From positions 460,743 to 524,742 of the forward strand of contig JAKMXF010000166.1 of assembly GCA_024704765.1 (NCBI GenBank): 64,000 bases of DNA, read 5' to 3'. Positions 1-12,914 of this stretch are shown here, in pieces (position 1 is the first letter of the stretch; the number at the start of each line of letters is the position of its first letter). The notes beneath the pieces are model-generated. The model was not told the origin of the DNA, searched no databases, and worked only from the letters and a program-made list of their open reading frames with translations. This stretch comes from Oopsacas minuta. Lineage: Eukaryota > Animalia > Porifera. The position numbers and the translations under genes were made by a program.

Positions 1-1
1 G

Positions 2-124
2 ATTCCTTCAGTTAATTATCTACATCAAAATCTATGCTTCGATCCATTGGAAAATAAAGCAAGGCTTTCTAACCCGGATTGGCAAATGCGCGTTGAAAAA
101 GCTCTTCACTTTATTTTCAAATAA
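2..124 (+). CDS. Possible 3' end of an unidentified gene entering from the left edge
   Basis: Frame open from base 2 (IPSVNYLHQNLCFDPLENKARLSNPDWQMRVEKALHFIFK*), followed by AT-rich UTR-like sequence; no family recognised. Confidence 0.3.
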   Translation: MPSVNYLHQNLCFDPLENKARLSNPDWQMRVEKALHFIFK

Positions 125-394
125 TCCTGACGTTAATCAGCACTCATACACATAATTTCCAAATTTCCCCTGTTTCATGACTCAAATAATGTAAATATCT
201 GTATTCTGTCTCCCTAAACTACATATACTATTAACTTGAATAATTACATTTAACACACGTGTTCTTTGAATTATGTTCTGTGGGTTGGATATACTGTTTA
301 CATATTTTATGCCTGTGTCGTAGTTCCAGTTTGTAATTACAAGATACTTACTTGATATTGAAACTATTCATTCTTCTAACCCATTTTTATTATA

Positions 395-1744
395 CAGTGT
401 CGGTCAAAATGAATTGCTCAAGATGAATGTATACAGTATAGTAAATGTCAAATTGTATACACTGGCCAGATAGTTGAATTCTTGCGAAACCATACTCAGC
501 CATTTGTATTTTGACAAATAACACACCACACAGCTAATCCACTCATTATATTTGCACAACTTGCAGTTTTTATTTTGTATTCCTTTTTTTCCAATTTATC
601 TGTTTTTATCGAATTTTCAATGCCTTCTAAACCCCGAATTTCCATTGAAAATCGAGCCAACCTGATACTACTTTCAGAAAGTGGCCATACTCAGATGGAG
701 GTAGCTAAAATGGTTGGGTGTAGCCAAAAAAGTGTAGCCAAGATCCTTAAGAAACACAGGCTGACTGGCACGGTAAGAGACCTCGCTATTCCGCGTAGGC
801 CTCGTGTCACAACCAAAAGGCAAGACAATTTATTGGTCAGAAAATGCAAAAAGGATCGATTTAAGACTGCTATTCAGATCAAAACTGAAGTGTTATCAGA
901 ATATTCGATAAAACTTTCCACTTCAACAGTTCAGAGAAGGTTACGAGGGGCTGGACTGTTCGGACGAAACCGCGAAGGAAGCCCCGCCTTACTATCAAGC
1001 ACAAAAGAGACCGACTTTCCTTCACAAGATCGAACAAGTATTGGAATACTGAAGAATGGGCAAGAGTTGTGTTCAGTGACGAATCTAGGTTCCTACTGTA
1101 TACTAATGACGGGAGAGCCTACGTCAGGAGGATGAAAAGGGAGGAGTTCTCAGGGAGGTGTCTTCAAAAACTTGCAAGTTTGGTGGAGGTGGCATCATGG
1201 TTTGGGGATGGTTTTGCTGGAGTGGCGTAGGACTCTTGTGGAAAGTATCTGGGAACCTCAAGACAATTCCTACATTGATATATTGGAAAATGCACTAATC
1301 CCAAGCGTTGATTTGCATTCTCTACACTCTGGATGGACCTTTCAGCAAGACAACGCCCCATGCCATAGGTCAAAGGGTACTAAGCAATGGTTTGGTGAGC
1401 AAAAAATAGAGGTTATGAATTGGCCTGCTCAGTCACCTGATCTAAATCCGATTGAGAATCTTTGGGATCACATTTCCCTCAGAATTCAAGAGAAAAGCCC
1501 ATCCAACCACTCAGAGTTGTGGAATGCCATATTAAGCACTTGGGATAGCATCGACATTAACAGGCTCCATACTCTAATTGAGAGTTGCCGCAAAGATGTA
1601 AAGCCGTAATTCAAGCAAGAGGAGGTTCTACTAAATACTAACAACAATTTACTTGATTATAATAAAGCATTATAGTTAAAATCAGTCATAGATATAAGAA
1701 ATTGGGGTAAATTTATTCTGAGCAATTCTTTTTGACCGGCACTG
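395..1744 (+). mobile_element. Tc1-family DNA transposon (DD34E), 1350 bp
   Basis: ~27-bp TIRs CAGTG(T/C)CGGTCAAAA(T/A)GAATTGCTCA; TA at 393-394 and 1745-1746; transposase motifs VFSDES, FQQDNAPCH, SPDLNPIEN with 34 residues between the second D and E. Confidence 0.93.
620..1641 (+). pseudogene. Tc1 transposase, frameshifted
   Basis: ATG 620 (MPSKPRIS..., HTH region), several frameshifts, ending ...ARGGSTKY* at 1641; explains ORFs 575..1135 and 1172..1609. Confidence 0.88.
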
Positions 1745-2123
1745 TATCTCTGACGAAAACTCTGTTAGAGTAATCACAATCATATTCTTTGATCTACATA
1801 TCAATTTGGTACTCGTATAACGATACAAAAGTATTATTTGTGCGTGGTGTCCAAAAATCAGATTGTCTATTGTCCAAACACGCCTATACAAGTGACAAGT
1901 AGCATATAATAGTATGACATACATAATGATCTTGCACATTACTTATTTAGGCAATGTTTGACTGTTCGTGGGTAGATCAAATACTTTGTGCTTTCAATTT
2001 GTTTATTATTATTGTTTACACACTTGTAACTATATAGTATAGTATAAATAAACATTTTATCTAATTCATTCCTAGAATAATTTCTGAATTTTCTTTATAC
2101 TACAATACTACACAAATTAGTTT

Positions 2124-3290
2124 ATGAAGAATTATTGCGTTTTGAATAAAATCGGGGAGGGTACTTTTTCAGAAGTTCTAAAATGTCAGAGTTTGAAAGA
2201 TGGTAAGATATACGCATTGAAAAAGCTGAAAAAACCTTTCAAAAACATGGACGATGCATTTGGTCTGTTGGAAGTACAAGCGATGAAGAAGCTAGGGCCA
2301 CACCCCAATATCATTCATCTCAAAGAGGTTATTTATGATAAGCGGTCTCAGTCTGTACTCTTGGTTACTGAAATGATGGATATGAACGCCTATGAATTGA
2401 TCAAGGGCCGTAGATCCTACATAACTGAGACAAGACTAAAACCATACATGTACCAACTAATGAAATCACTCCATCACATGCACAAATATGGGTACTTCCA
2501 CCGTGATGTTAAGCCAGAGAATATCTTGATAAAAGATGATCAACTCAAGTTAGCAGATTTTGGTTCCTGTCGACTCATCAACACTACGCCTCCCTACACT
2601 GAGTACATCTCTACTCGCTGGTATAGAGCCCCTGAATGCATTCTCACTAACGGAGACTACAGCTCTAAGATGGACATGTGGAGTGCTGGCTGTGTCTTCT
2701 ACGAGATTATGACTCTACGGCCTCTATTCCCTGGGACAGATGAGTTTGACCAGATTAACAAGATTCATGATTGTCTGGGTACACCCTCAAAGGAGTTACT
2801 ACAAACATTTGTAGAGAATCGTAACAAACATATTCCTTTTGATTTTGAACCTAAAACTGGAACAGGATTCCAACACAACCTGAAACACGCTAGTTCTGGT
2901 TTTGTCGATCTTTTGAAAGCTCTTCTGGTCTATGATCCTAATGAGAGACTGGTGGCTAAAGCCGCTCTCAAACATCCATATTTTCGCGAATTTCGCGAGG
3001 CAGAGCAACGTATCATTGCGCAGAACAACGCAAGGAGACAGAAACACGCAACTTCTCAATCCTCCTACGTCAGTCTCCCTACTATTTCAGCTAGTTTTAA
3101 TCCTCTCTACCGCTACGCAGCTAACCCTTGCCTCGCTTCATCCACTTCTTCTCAGGCCATGCCTCATATCCCTAAACAGAGGTATCAATATGCACCCAAA
3201 GGTCATCTCATAAGGAAGGTATCTGATTATAGTTTGCCTTCTATCTTAGGGAAAAAGCACTCTAAAGATAATTCTAATTCTTATATATAA
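2124..3290 (+). CDS. MOK: MAPK/MAK/MRK-overlapping kinase (MOK/RAGE), CMGC Ser/Thr kinase
   Basis: KIGEGTFSEVLK, HRDVKPEN, DFG, activation loop PPYTEYISTRWYRAPE; low-complexity C-terminal tail; single ORF. Confidence 0.88.
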   Translation: MKNYCVLNKIGEGTFSEVLKCQSLKDGKIYALKKLKKPFKNMDDAFGLLEVQAMKKLGPHPNIIHLKEVIYDKRSQSVLLVTEMMDMNAYELIKGRRSYITETRLKPYMYQLMKSLHHMHKYGYFHRDVKPENILIKDDQLKLADFGSCRLINTTPPYTEYISTRWYRAPECILTNGDYSSKMDMWSAGCVFYEIMTLRPLFPGTDEFDQINKIHDCLGTPSKELLQTFVENRNKHIPFDFEPKTGTGFQHNLKHASSGFVDLLKALLVYDPNERLVAKAALKHPYFREFREAEQRIIAQNNARRQKHATSQSSYVSLPTISASFNPLYRYAANPCLASSTSSQAMPHIPKQRYQYAPKGHLIRKVSDYSLPSILGKKHSKDNSNSYI

Positions 3291-5081
3291 AGTAACAGTT
3301 CTCTCCTTCCTTCTCTAATACTATCTCAACTTATCTCTCTTACTAACACTTCACTTGATGCACACCAGTTCCTTATGTTAGCTATTATATTTTGTATAGC
3401 TCTACTCTGAAACATATTTTAAGAATGCCATTAAGCTTATAATAAGAGATTTCTGTTATGTTTGAGCTATTTATTTTTGGATATAAGTATCTTATGAGAG
3501 AAAGGGTGTTTAGGGGTCTGGACCAAAGTGAATGGAAACGCATTTATGAACTATTCCTTTGATTCTGAAATATTTGGAAATTTGAAATATAACCATCCTG
3601 AATCCTATGGCAATCGCTAGATCCACTGGGACTATTTCAACGTTGGTTTACCTAATTTATGCATCTCAATATAATTTTTTGACATTCTGATTACAATCAC
3701 TCTAACCTCAACCAACGATAATTTAGCAGTGTTTCTTAACCTTTTAGAACTGCGGTACACTCATTTCATCTATAATTTCAAGGCACATACACACACTAAA
3801 GGTGAATTCAACTTAACCAAATCCTTAGCATTTTGGCTAGTATATGGGCCCACATGGACCAAGGACTGAATTTATTCAAAAATAGCCTAGAAATGTGCGA
3901 AATGTTGAAAATTAAGCCGCTTTTATTGATGCATGCGAAAATTGAGTGTATTTACTGGCGCGATAAGCAATTTTTGTGATTCCATCATTTTCGTATGGAA
4001 AAAAGTTATGTAGCCTTGATTATTGTTTTATGATCTTTAAACTCAATAGCCCTGCTCTAGGCGAAATCCCTGGACGCCTGGACATATGGCAAGATCTCTG
4101 GAATGTCGACATGGCAGGCATGGCCTTAGCAACCCTTTGCAAAGCCTGCAATAAACATCGACATGCGATTGTATATAATATAAAGAGGGGACGTGACCAT
4201 CCATTTATTGCAGCGGACCAAATATAGCGTACAGTACCGCTACCGGGATCAGTTAAATTTAATAGGCAATATCAGTAATACCAAAATGTTTGAGTAACAC
4301 TCAGCAACTGAATAATTATTGATTTAAACTTAATTTCGAAAGGATGTTAGATTAGACATTAACAGGTAGTAAGTAGCATGATGTCTGGGAATTGCAAGAC
4401 AGAGTCTGATTTTGAAGTTATTTGTATAATGTTCAGTGTCCATAATACAGTAACTTGTAGTTTCTTATTACATAGTCTATCTGGTCACATGGATTAACCA
4501 TCATTATATATATAAATATGTATAATTATTGCTTGTATTGTATTAATTCCTCAGCCATTTAAATGAAATAATTAAATTCATTCGTGAAATGCCTATTTGA
4601 TTTGATTTAATTCATTTTATATGATTTTGAATTTGGTTTGAAACAAGCAATGAAGGCTAAGTCCTCTCCTAAAACTTTAGAAATTTCTATCCGTGAGATC
4701 GTAAGTTCAGATTATTCTTAGCTAGTTTATTTGATAAAAATTATAAATTTTAGATACATACAATAATTAGCTAAAGCACTATTCTTTCCTGTTAAATATT
4801 AAAGTGAGACTCAGTTGAAATCTGTTAAACTCACTTTAGATGCATGAGACTGGAATACTATGTTATGGCAAGTAAATTGAGAATCATGACATCATGATAA
4901 AATCATACGATTTTCATTTTGCTTCTACCTTGCCTGCATAGCATGAACAATGCCTGAGAGAGATAGTTAATGTTTATACTCAAAGGCCGAGTGCATGCAA
5001 CAAAAATGCTGTATATGTATATGTAGTATATGTATGCTGTTCTTATATTATAATTTGTACCTTTCTACTGATTAGAAAATA

Positions 5082-5699
5082 ATGGCTTCTACCTGTAAAC
5101 CCAAATTGTATTACTTTAATTCCCCTGGTCGAGGAGAACCAATTCGACAAACCTTGGTTTATTGTAACGTTGACTTCGAAGACGTTAGATTTACCGGTGA
5201 GGAATGGGCAAAACAACACAAAGATCAATCCCCGCTAGGAATGTCGCCTTTTTATGAGGAAGGAGAACTCAAATTGGGAGGTAGTATAGCTATTCTTCGT
5301 TATGTAGCTGAGAAAAACGGATTGGGTGGTAGTAATCCTGTAGAGAATGCCCAACTTGAGTCCTACAGTGACTTTTTGTTTGATGTTAGTTCTAAACTCT
5401 ACGGTATTGTGATGGGTCCCGAGGACAAGAGGGATGATTGCAGGAAAGAATTTATGGAAACTGTTCCGAAACGATTGGGTTTTTTGGAAAATCAAGTGAA
5501 GAGTACTAACTTTTTACCAGCTGACAAAGTATCTTATGCTGATATCCAATTAAGCGCAAGTTTCCATCTCTTCGGTCTAGTTGGGTTAGGTGATGTCTTC
5601 AAAGACTGCCCGAAACTTACAGCAATTGCAGATACTATTAGCAAGTCGCCTCAGTTAATAGAACATCGGGAAAAAACTCTTAAATTGCCTTCTAAATAG
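5082..5699 (+). CDS. Glutathione S-transferase, sigma-like (paralog 1)
   Basis: KLYYF..GRGEPIR N-terminus, PLG..P cis-Pro loop, S(I)AILRY motif, N-cap SYAD in the C domain; 205 aa. Confidence 0.9.
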   Translation: MASTCKPKLYYFNSPGRGEPIRQTLVYCNVDFEDVRFTGEEWAKQHKDQSPLGMSPFYEEGELKLGGSIAILRYVAEKNGLGGSNPVENAQLESYSDFLFDVSSKLYGIVMGPEDKRDDCRKEFMETVPKRLGFLENQVKSTNFLPADKVSYADIQLSASFHLFGLVGLGDVFKDCPKLTAIADTISKSPQLIEHREKTLKLPSK

Positions 5700-6191
5700 A
5701 GACAGATAGATGAATTAGATCTAGCTTATATGTCATTTACTTAGTAGTTTAGTTTCTCTAATAGGATTGACTTTCTAGTATTTCGTAATAGCCTATGATT
5801 ATTACTCTTGTTTACCTATTCTATCCTTTATTAGCTCGTATTTACTAGGGTAATAAGAATCCGTGTTGAAACACCTCATAAGTAGGTACATAGTACATGA
5901 GCTAAACATCAAACTTCTGATAGTCTTTAACTAGTACCAGTATATTTTTAGAACATTGGACATGTATACAAAAAGCAAAGTTTCCCCAAATAGTGTTAAA
6001 TGCGCTATTTGACGCACTTAAGTCACTTGCGTTGAATTATACCTACATTTTTCTAGCGATTAACTGCGTTAAGAAGTAAATAAAACAATCTGGCAATTTC
6101 GTACAACTTTCATTTGCTTCCACCGTGCATCAGAGTATGAACATACGTCTGTGAGCGACAGTCATTGTTTGTTCATACTCAATTCGAGCAT

Positions 6192-6620
6192 CTTTTATGA
6201 GGAAGGAGAACTAAAATTGGGAGGTAGTATAGCTATTCTTCTTTATGTAGCTGAGAAAACTGATTGGGTGGTGGTAATTCTAAACTCTTCTGTATTGTGA
6301 TAGGTCCCAGGACTAGAGGGATGATTGCAGGAAAGAAAATATCGCAACTGCTCCGAAACAATTCGCTCTTTTTGAAATCATATAAAATCCGAATAACTTT
6401 TTAGCTTGTGACAAACTATCTTATGTTAACATCCATGCAAGCTATATGTTCGATATTCTCATTTTAGTTAGGTTATGTGATGTCTTCAAAACTGCTCTAA
6501 GTTGAAAGCAATTTCGCATAAACTTAGCCAGTCGGAGAAGTTAAAAGAATATAGGGAACTACTTTATAAATTTTCTAGTATATAGATACAGATAAAAGGA
6601 TTAGATGTAGATTATCTAAT
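6192..6620 (+). pseudogene. 5'-truncated, decayed tandem copy of GST paralog 1
   Basis: Matches paralog 1 from ~5245 onward (ttttatgaggaaggagaact.aaattgggaggtagtatagctattctt...) with an internal deletion, frameshifts and stops; similarity continues into the 3' flank. Confidence 0.85.
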
Positions 6621-6848
6621 TTTTTGTTTACTGATTTACTCTCTAGTCTCTACATTCAGGAAGATAATTTATACACAGATCAATAGTGGGATCAGAATAT
6701 TAATTCAACATTGATTTTCAAATATTACTCACCTAATCATTTTTTGAGCACCACTACATATGCATCTGTCAATTGTATGTAAATGAATTACAATTTGGCA
6801 AAGTATTATGGCATGAGTGAGTATGATATCAATTCATTAATTATTGAA

Positions 6849-7091
6849 TAAGGTGAAAGAGTACCATACACAACAAATTTCATATTAATAAAGTGATGAT
6901 TTACAGATTTATTTAGTGTGGAGTGATGCCAAATTCGCTAACTTTATTATCGTAAAATTTAGTAAGCTATGACTGGGCACATTAAGAAATATTATTAACA
7001 TTTGAGTATGATTGAGTTTGCCTAATGAGAAGTTCTTCTCTTTTCGAAATTCCCCAAACTCAAGTTAATTGTATATCAATTCTACAGTTAA
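6849..7091. repeat. Left arm of a 243-bp inverted repeat (partner 10895-11137)
   Basis: Reverse complement of 10895-11137 with no differences found by eye; a diverged inverted copy of ~6970-7320 lies at ~25660-26040. Confidence 0.9.
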
Positions 7092-7498
7092 TGCAAAAGA
7101 AGCTCTAATATTTCAGAAAGCAATGTGATTTTAACCTCATTATCTTGCTATTTAGAATTTCTGTAGCATTAACAAACAATTATTTGAGTCCAGAAAGTAC
7201 TTGTACCCATTAATTGATTTCAAAGAAATTAACTCTCGTGACTAATATCATGAGATACATCCAGGTATGAGATTAATGGTATCTAATTTATACATAGACA
7301 TCAGGTGCATTGAAAATTGATATTATTTAAATCATTTTATTATCGTACTTACTATCAGGAGTTATAAGAATGTTAGATGTGGACAGATTATGCACATGTT
7401 CTTCCCTCTAGATATTTAGAGCTAACTTATTATAAGCTCTGATTGCTCTACAAGGACAAATCAAGAATCTGTTATTAATACTATTATCTAGATGTATA

Positions 7499-7775
7499 CA
7501 GCCAAGGGACAAAAGTATTCGACCACACAAATATATTGTCATAAATTGTATACTCTTTCCCGCTCCTATATATTGTGTAGTCTATATTCGTAGCTGCAAT
7601 CTAGTAATTTGTATAGAATAATATATTTTTTGAAATTCTTGAAAAACATATATTATTCTATACAAATTACTAGATTGCAGCTACGAATATAGACTACACA
7701 ATATATAGGAGCGGGAAAGAGTATACAATTTATGATAATATATTTGTGTGGTCGAATACTTTTGTCCCTTGACTG
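7499..7775. mobile_element. Tc1/mariner-type MITE, near-perfect 277-bp hairpin
   Basis: TA|CAG(C/T)CAAGGGACAAAAGTATTCGACCAC... arms ~125 bp, short AT loop, TA at both ends. Confidence 0.88.
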
Positions 7776-8002
7776 TAGGTATTCACTGACTCCTCATATA
7801 TATGGTGACCTGTTAAACTTTTGCCACCGCTCACCAGTTAATTGGGGTATCTAGTGAGAAACCGAAATCCCTCAGTAGTCAAAGCAGGAAATTGCAGTGG
7901 CAGCATAAATGCTTGCTGGCGCCAAGCCATGAAAACAATTAAAGGTTAACCGATTACGGCCCGAATTGTTACATTCGTAACGAAAAGCAACACGCTAGGA
8001 TA

Positions 8003-8590
8003 CTGTCTGTATGTAATTTGAATTTAATTCATCAAATATATTAGCTTATTTATAAATGTCCCTTATAAGTCCTTCACGTGATTTCTATCCGTCATAGAAT
8101 TCTTCCTCCTCTATACCTCTACAACTAATTAGTCCAACCATCACCCCTTCCTACGAGGACCTAGACTCCTATGTAAGGAGCTTATTTTTGTCCCCTCCCA
8201 GCCTTCAACTAAAGTAGATTTTGGTACCGCCAACATACGGGAGTCTAGATCTTGTAAACTGATACGATGGAACCAGCCATCGAAACAATTGTGCCATTTT
8301 TCCTCTGGCAAGGTCCAAAGGGCCTTTCAAACGCAAGGCAGGCCTCTTCTGTACTGTCAAACCCTATTCCACGGATCATTCTTTGATAATTTGGAACAAG
8401 TAAAAGTCGCATGGGGCTAAATCTGGGCTTTAAGAGGGTGTGATGCCAATTGAACCGAATTCTGGCCCAGGAAGTCCAGTGTTTTGGTTGCTGTGTGTGC
8501 TGATGCATTATCATGGTGAAGCAAATTTTACATAAAATCCTAGTTAGGTGCCAAAATTTGATGAATTAAATTCAAATTAAATACAGACAA
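8003..8590 (-). mobile_element. Internally deleted mariner element (DD34D remnant)
   Basis: ~38-bp TIRs (C/T)TGTCTGTAT(G/T)TAATTTGAATTTAATTCATCAAAT with TA flanks; minus strand encodes HDNASAHT...SPDLAPCDFYLF (mariner motif) with frameshifts; N-terminus absent. Confidence 0.82.
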
Positions 8591-8970
8591 TATTCTAATG
8601 TCCAAAACTGAAAGCAATACCAGCGGAACGCCCGATATTTTTCTCAGTTTTTGAAAATTGAATCTTTTAATTAGCCCAGTTCCGGTGACAAATATCAACA
8701 ATAAATTTGATACCAAAACCCTTCTGGCTCATGGACTATACTATATTATTTTATTTCCTGCCACAGCCAAAATCTAACAACTTTGTTCTTAATCTGGAAG
8801 CGCTGGTTCTAGATTTCCGACAGTAACCTGGGGTGTACGCACATTTATAATTCAATAACACATGGTTCATTTTGTTAGACAACCTTACTTCCGAATTTCT
8901 TCTGGATTGTATATATAACATTGATAGGTAGGCTTTGATTCATTAATTCCTTTAGCAATCTTAGAACTGA

Positions 8971-9576
8971 ATGGCAAGTGAGGCGAAACCAAAACTTTAC
9001 TATTTTGATTTACCAGGCAGAGGTGAGGTAACCCGACTGATATTGGTTGCAGCTGGCAAAGAATTTGAAGATATCAGAATCTCATCATTCGAAGAATGGA
9101 CTACTAAATACAAAGCTGATAGTCCTCTAGGCTTAGCACCTTACTACGAAGAGGGAGGCGTTAAAATTGGAGGAAGTTTATGTATTGCACGTCTTGTGGC
9201 TGAAGCTAATGGACTGGGTGGTAGTAACTGTATTGAGAATGCTTTGCTTTCTTCTTATGCTGACCTTATGTCTGATATGACAACTAAATTCTACCCTTTT
9301 ATGTTCGGGCCTGAGGATAAGAAAGAAGAAGCGAAGAAAGAGTGCTTGAAAAACATGCCAGCCAAATTTGCCCAGTTAGAAAAAAGTATCAAAGACGATG
9401 GCACCTTTTTAGGTAAACCATCTTGGCCAGATTTCCTTCTAAGCCAGCTCTGCCAAGAGGCTATCCAATACCAGCTAGGTGATACTTTCAAGGACTGTCC
9501 AAAGATCGGTAAGGTAATAGCTCGTGTTGATAGCAATCCAAAGATCCAGGAATTCAGAGCAAAACATAAAAAATAA
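8971..9576 (+). CDS. Glutathione S-transferase, sigma-like (paralog 2)
   Basis: KPKLYYF..GRGE, PLGLAP, GGSLCIARL, SWPD; 14 nt differences from the inverted copy at 28257-28862. Confidence 0.9.
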   Translation: MASEAKPKLYYFDLPGRGEVTRLILVAAGKEFEDIRISSFEEWTTKYKADSPLGLAPYYEEGGVKIGGSLCIARLVAEANGLGGSNCIENALLSSYADLMSDMTTKFYPFMFGPEDKKEEAKKECLKNMPAKFAQLEKSIKDDGTFLGKPSWPDFLLSQLCQEAIQYQLGDTFKDCPKIGKVIARVDSNPKIQEFRAKHKK

Positions 9577-9713
9577 CATTTCGTTATTCGGTTTTGTTCG
9601 TTAGTACGTCTTCTAGTTACTAGGTTTTGTAGTTTATTTTAGAATAATAAAGTAATTATATCTCTATATTATTTTGAAAATCACAACTTAAAGCTTAATC
9701 CCTTTCGGATTCA

Positions 9714-10391
9714 GCAACGCCATTGCCTCTTAAAATACGGCTATACATGTTGCCGAATTATGATAAAAATAAGACTAGTTTTTGAAGAGTAAAAATTTTA
9801 GTAGGGGTAGAATTTGAGTTACATCTTTAATAACATGAAAGGAAGGCATACAAAATGTGATAAAAATTTAAACAACTCAAAAAAATATTGAATGTACGCC
9901 ATCAAAATATATTATTCGTTATAGGAAGTAACATATTGCGGACCACTCGTATCAACCATAGATCTATAGGATTTATAGTTTTTGCGTTATGGCTTCAATA
10001 TGACAAATGCATTTCCTTAGCAACACAGGAATGTGAACACATTCCGATCATGTTATCGAAATTTTTCGAATCAACTACACTAATTCATCATAATACATAC
10101 CAATCAAACATTACAAATGTTGGAAACTATTGCTAAATACAGTTTAGTAACTGGCATTGGTTGTACTAAAAATAGCACATTCCGCTACCACATGATAACT
10201 AATCACATATTTGGCCACATATATGTCTACTTGAACTACGTTTCTATATGTTGATAATACAATCCTAAGGTCTATTACACGTATTTTTCAGTTTATCAGT
10301 CTACAAATTTCTACTCTTCAAAAACTAGACTCTTATTTTTACCATAATTCGGCAGCATGCATAACCATATTTTAGTAGGCCATGGCAACGC
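9714..10391. mobile_element. Non-autonomous TIR element, ~680 bp with ~90-bp imperfect inverted ends
   Basis: tgccgaattatgataaaaataagactagtttttgaagagta (~9750-9790) is the reverse complement of tactcttcaaaaactagactcttatttttaccataattcggca (~10312-10354); exact termini unresolved. Confidence 0.6.
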
Positions 10392-10418
10392 TTAATTCAA
10401 ACCTAAAATATAAAATTA

Positions 10419-10581
10419 CAACCTGTGCCGACAGCTTAGTCTATTGGTTAAATTTGTTTAAAGTGGCACTATAATTGGAGGCACTATGTGTATTTGGTTA
10501 AATTTCATTTTATTGTGCCTCCAATTACTAGTGCCACCTTAAACAAATTTAACTAATAGACTAAGCTGTCGGCACAGGTTG
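10419..10581. mobile_element. MITE, 163-bp hairpin with TA TSD
   Basis: TA|CAACCTGTGCCGACAGCTTAGTCTATT...GCTGTCGGCACAGGTTG|TA, arms ~65 bp. Confidence 0.85.
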
Positions 10582-10894
10582 TAGTTATATATTCTTTGCT
10601 CGCTACGCTCGCAGTTTATTGTAAATTAGAAAAAACATTACAAAATTGTCAAAATTTCGAAATCTCAAAAATAGATATTTTTTGGTATGTCATCATTACT
10701 CTGCTATGGTGACGTCAATATCATCAGGGGAAGGGCGTCAGGTTGGCCAAAATAGTGGGGGGCCGTTGTACTCACTACTCACTTTACGTTTAACTACACA
10801 AATATAATGAATTTTATATCGAATTTAATGATTTTATCAACAAATATGACTTGTATAATGGAGAAATTCCGAATATAAAATATTTAGTCAATCC

Positions 10895-11137
10895 TTAACT
10901 GTAGAATTGATATACAATTAACTTGAGTTTGGGGAATTTCGAAAAGAGAAGAACTTCTCATTAGGCAAACTCAATCATACTCAAATGTTAATAATATTTC
11001 TTAATGTGCCCAGTCATAGCTTACTAAATTTTACGATAATAAAGTTAGCGAATTTGGCATCACTCCACACTAAATAAATCTGTAAATCATCACTTTATTA
11101 ATATGAAATTTGTTGTGTATGGTACTCTTTCACCTTA
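10895..11137. repeat. Right arm of the 243-bp inverted repeat (partner 6849-7091)
   Basis: Colinear reverse complement; end coordinates sum to 17986 at both ends. Confidence 0.9.
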
Positions 11138-12914
11138 CAAAAAATAAGAGTTCATAGCAAGCCTGCCCAGTCTTATAAGCGGAAACGAGCAATCAAAGGT
11201 TTTCTTGAGTACTTTAGTTAGTAGAATTTCATACCAATAAGAGAATAAATATACACTGTATACACCATATAAGAATACACTTTCTGGGAATATACACTAT
11301 ACAAGAATATATTTTCAGATATTTTCTGTTTGGAACTACAGTCTCAAAAATTATTACTTGAGAATATATTGTAGCATATTATGGATACGTTTTCACAGCC
11401 TCACGAGGTGGTAGAGACAATCTATTAGTTCTATAAAGGGAGATGATTGAATATGTAACATATAAGGACAAGTAAAACCCGCAAATACATAGAATAATTA
11501 TTCATGGATAATATTGGATATCTATACTCAGCGAATACATAGAGTTAGTTATGGATTCCTATTGAAGCAATTAAAATGATAATTAATAAGATTATAATGA
11601 GAGCAATTATACCATATAATATTACATCAGGTTTCATACCGTTAGATATATATTCATCAATTAAAGGCAATAAATATTTACCAGGTGTAAGGATCTAAAG
11701 ATCTAAAAACGATATAAAAATACTGATTTCAGATTTCAGAATCTCATGGGCAAATTACCCAGGGGACGAAATTTCAAGAGAGTCCATGAAGTTTGTTACG
11801 AACGTAAAGTCCGGCAGTATTCGGTTAATGTATTTCTGAATTGATTAATTAAAGAATCTATAGTTGTGTTATTTCGTAATTGAACAATAAGAGGGTCTAT
11901 ACTCTAGATTGTGAATAATATATACTGAATGTGTTTTCAACTATAAATACAAACAGTCAAGTACTCTATTAATTCAATAAATTCTAATAATTGCTAATAC
12001 CTGATCTGACCCCAAATTATTCTTAACAGTATCAATGTCATATTATTCCGAGCTTCCCGCTAAGAATCCCAAGCTTGCCCAGCCGCTATTAAAATATTTT
12101 TTCCAGCACAAACAGCGCTCACTTCTCCGGACAGTGATCCCAATTCTCAGTTCGTTGAAGACCTAATCGGTTAGAAGTATTTGTATTACAATCATTTACC
12201 ACATATTTATTGGCAGTATATTGAGTAAACTAGGAAATTGGAATATTAATCTTTCAAGTGAGCATAATTTTTTCAAAGAAACTGGGGGGGGCCCCCCGGA
12301 ACCTAACGCCCCTGATCATGGGAAGTGTATCCCATTTAGGATCTACTGCATTTCTTCAATTGCAAGTATTATTCTCTCATATACAAATGGTGTTATAAGT
12401 ATTTACTATTCCGTGACGTCATGATGACTTATCAAAATTATACCAAATTTTGTGAATGTGTCCAAACACTGATATTTTGTCTAATTTTCGAATCTCAATT
12501 TTTGAAAATTTGCTTTGTCATAACCTCCACTATGGTGACGTCATAGTTATGGTGGCCAATATGTCCATCCTAATCTATACTACACTTCATCAATTGGTTA
12601 CTTAGTTATTCATGGACTTCGCCGGGATTTTTCACCTAGGGGGGGCAAAGAAATTACCAGAGGGGCACGAAGTTTCCAAGGGGCAGGACGATGGGCAAGG
12701 TGTTTCACGAGTTTATCAGGAGCATGTCCAGTGGCGGATCAATAAATTTTTAGTTGGATAGATTCATCCAGCGGGGCAGTCGCGTCGTGTGGCTTTGATC
12801 TAAGGGGCATAAATTCGATCTGGTTGTCAACAAGTTCTAGATGTTCCTGCCAGATTGAATTTGTGCACCCCAGACTTCAAAGCCAATGGGTGCTGTAAGC
12901 AATCAGTAAGGTCC

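Noticed and set aside
6849-11137. Firm call as a Pack-type transposon carrying a GST
   Set aside because: No TSD outside the arms and no typical terminal motif; kept only as a hypothesis
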